A stretch of 64,000 nucleotides of DNA from Bispira polyomma (Eukaryota), in the NCBI GenBank assembly GCA_965649765.1, contig OZ287748.1, positions 106,206,001 to 106,270,000 on the forward strand, given 5' to 3'. Below the pieces are notes generated by a model, which was not told where the DNA came from, did not search any database, and saw only the letters and a list, made by a program, of their open reading frames with translations. Both the position numbers and the translations under genes were made by a program. Shown in pieces: positions 62,341 through 64,000 of the stretch (within the stretch, counting starts at the first letter, position 1; each line of letters starts with the position of its first letter).

Positions 62341-62444
62341 AGGTGAATACCAAGGTCAACCTGGGAACATAACTGCCAACATTAACAGTTCATTGAGATT
62401 CTAACCCAAGAACTCAGAGGTTTTATTGGTGTCAGTCAGTGGCT

Positions 62445-62560
62445 TACAATTGGTTTCCTCCTCCAATACAATTGGTTTCCTCCTCTAATACAATTGGTTT
62501 TCTTATCCAATACAATCGGTGTACTCCTCCAATACAATTGCTTTCCACCTCCAGTGTTAT
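62445..62560. repeat. ~22-bp tandem repeat (tacaattggtttcctcctccaa), 4-5 copies
   Basis: Read directly. Confidence 0.75.
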
Positions 62561-62699
62561 TGCTTTTTCAGAATCTCAGCGAGGCACCCAATACTCATAC
62601 ATGCATTCATACATACAACTCAGTTAAAAGATAAATACAGGCAATAGACAATGAGGATTCGCAACAACCAGCTCTCTATATACAGATGAGGCAGCAACT

Positions 62700-63500
62700 A
62701 ACATTTATTATGAAACCATCAAACATTTATGTCATGCTGTAAAGGTGCATACCCATAAAGTTAAACTATGAAACCATCAATCATTTACTATGAAACCACC
62801 AAGCATTTACTGTGAAATCGTCAAACATTTATTATGAAACCACAAAGTATTTACTGTGAACCACCAATTATTTACTATGAAACCATCAATTATTTACTAT
62901 AAAACCATTAGTTATTTACTATGAAACCATCAGTCATTTACAACATCCTGTAAAGGGGCATACCCACCAACTCAAAATATGAAACCATCAATCATGTACT
63001 TTGAAACCATCAGTCATTTACATCAAGCTGTAAAGGGGTATACCCACCAACTTGAACTATGAAACCATCAATCATTGCGCTTCACAATCACTGGTCTCTC
63101 ACCTCTGGGCGGCGTGAGTTCGAATCCCGTTGATGCCTATGTGGGAAAGGTGGTAGTACCTTACTGTGGGCCGCTAGTTTCAGTGCAGAACCTTGATCAA
63201 CTGTATGCAGTGTTTCCTCCAGCGTTTCCAACTACCCGTCCCAATATAACCTAAACAGGTACTAGAGTGGATGTTAAATATACAAATTAAAAAAAAAACA
63301 AGCATTTACTGTGAAACCATCAAACATTTACTATGAAACCACCAAGCATTTACTATAAAACCATCAGTTATTTACTTTGAAACCATCAGTCATTTACATC
63401 AGGCTGTGAAGGGGCATACCCACCAACTTGAACAATGAAACCATCAATAATTTACTATGAAACCATCAATCATTTACTAAGAAACCACCAAGCATTTATA
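62700..63500. repeat. ~22-bp degenerate minisatellite (tatgaaaccatcaatcatttac) with higher-order inserts, interrupted by a SINE
   Basis: Read directly. A longer variant ctgtaaaggggcatacccaccaact recurs four times. Confidence 0.85.
63077..63298 (+). mobile_element. tRNA-headed SINE, 5'-truncated, with A-rich tail
   Basis: B-box GAGTTCGAATCC; reverse complement of the 6712 and 50482 copies. Confidence 0.88.
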
Positions 63501-64000
63501 TCCATTAGCAATTTGAAACTGTATCAACTTAAAAAGTTCCTAACTTGAAACTGTGCCGACTGAAAAACTTACTAACTTGAAACTGTATTGACTTAAAAAG
63601 TTATCAATTTAAATAGTTAGCAACTTAAAATCATATCGACTATTTATTAAAGCTTTGACAATAGACACTAGAGAAAACTGAAACTATTACACAGTTACAC
63701 AGTTAGAAGTGAGAGTGAACTATTAAAAAAATGTTATTTGACCTTGACAATAGACGCTATAAAACCAACTGAAACAATCAAGCAGTTACACAGTTAGAAG
63801 TGAAATTGCGGTTTACTTGCCAGCTGAAACTATTACACAGTTACACAGCCAGAAGTGAGATTACATTATTTACAACATCATTGAAGCTTTCACCAGTTTA
63901 AAAGAGATTGCCAATGACTGACAGTAGTGCCAGTAAAAACAACTCCCTGGAGAGACATGGTAATATATGAAATACTGTATAATAATAAGAATTGAAATAC

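Overview
AT-rich, intron- and repeat-rich animal genomic DNA, not prokaryotic. The gene families and repeat content suggest a lophotrochozoan such as an annelid or mollusc (inference). Splicing exons by hand, with GT-AG boundaries and phases checked, gives four host genes. (1) The 5' end of a minus-strand gene encoding a secreted chitin-binding protein (exons 4870-4909 and 1-143). (2) Its tandem paralog, a complete 5-exon minus-strand gene (19544->8834, ~538 aa): signal peptide, chitin-binding type-2 (ChtBD2/peritrophin-A/CBM14-like) domain, Thr/Pro linker and three C1q globular domains. (3) An intronless secreted PAN/apple + 7x LDL-receptor class A ORF (25754-27058). (4) A complete 6-exon plus-strand gene (40818->52227, ~914 aa): signal peptide, two ChtBD2 domains, a ~36x 11-aa Thr-rich mucin stalk, one transmembrane helix, and a cytoplasmic tail of repeated NPxY/PxYxD-type tyrosine modules. 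Together these look like a candidate chitin-recognition cluster with soluble lectin/opsonin-like proteins and a signalling receptor; the function is inferred, not shown. The rest is decayed mobile DNA: two DIRS/Ngaro-type tyrosine-recombinase retrotransposon relics, PIF/Harbinger remnants and MITEs, many L2/CR1-type and L1/Tx1-type LINE fragments, tRNA-headed SINEs and a NADAR-domain pseudogene. There is also a ~780-bp near-perfect intronic palindrome and several minisatellites that start at splice donors and copy the donor sequence. No rRNA, genuine tRNA or CRISPR array was seen. All domain calls are from motif recognition by eye; no searches were run.
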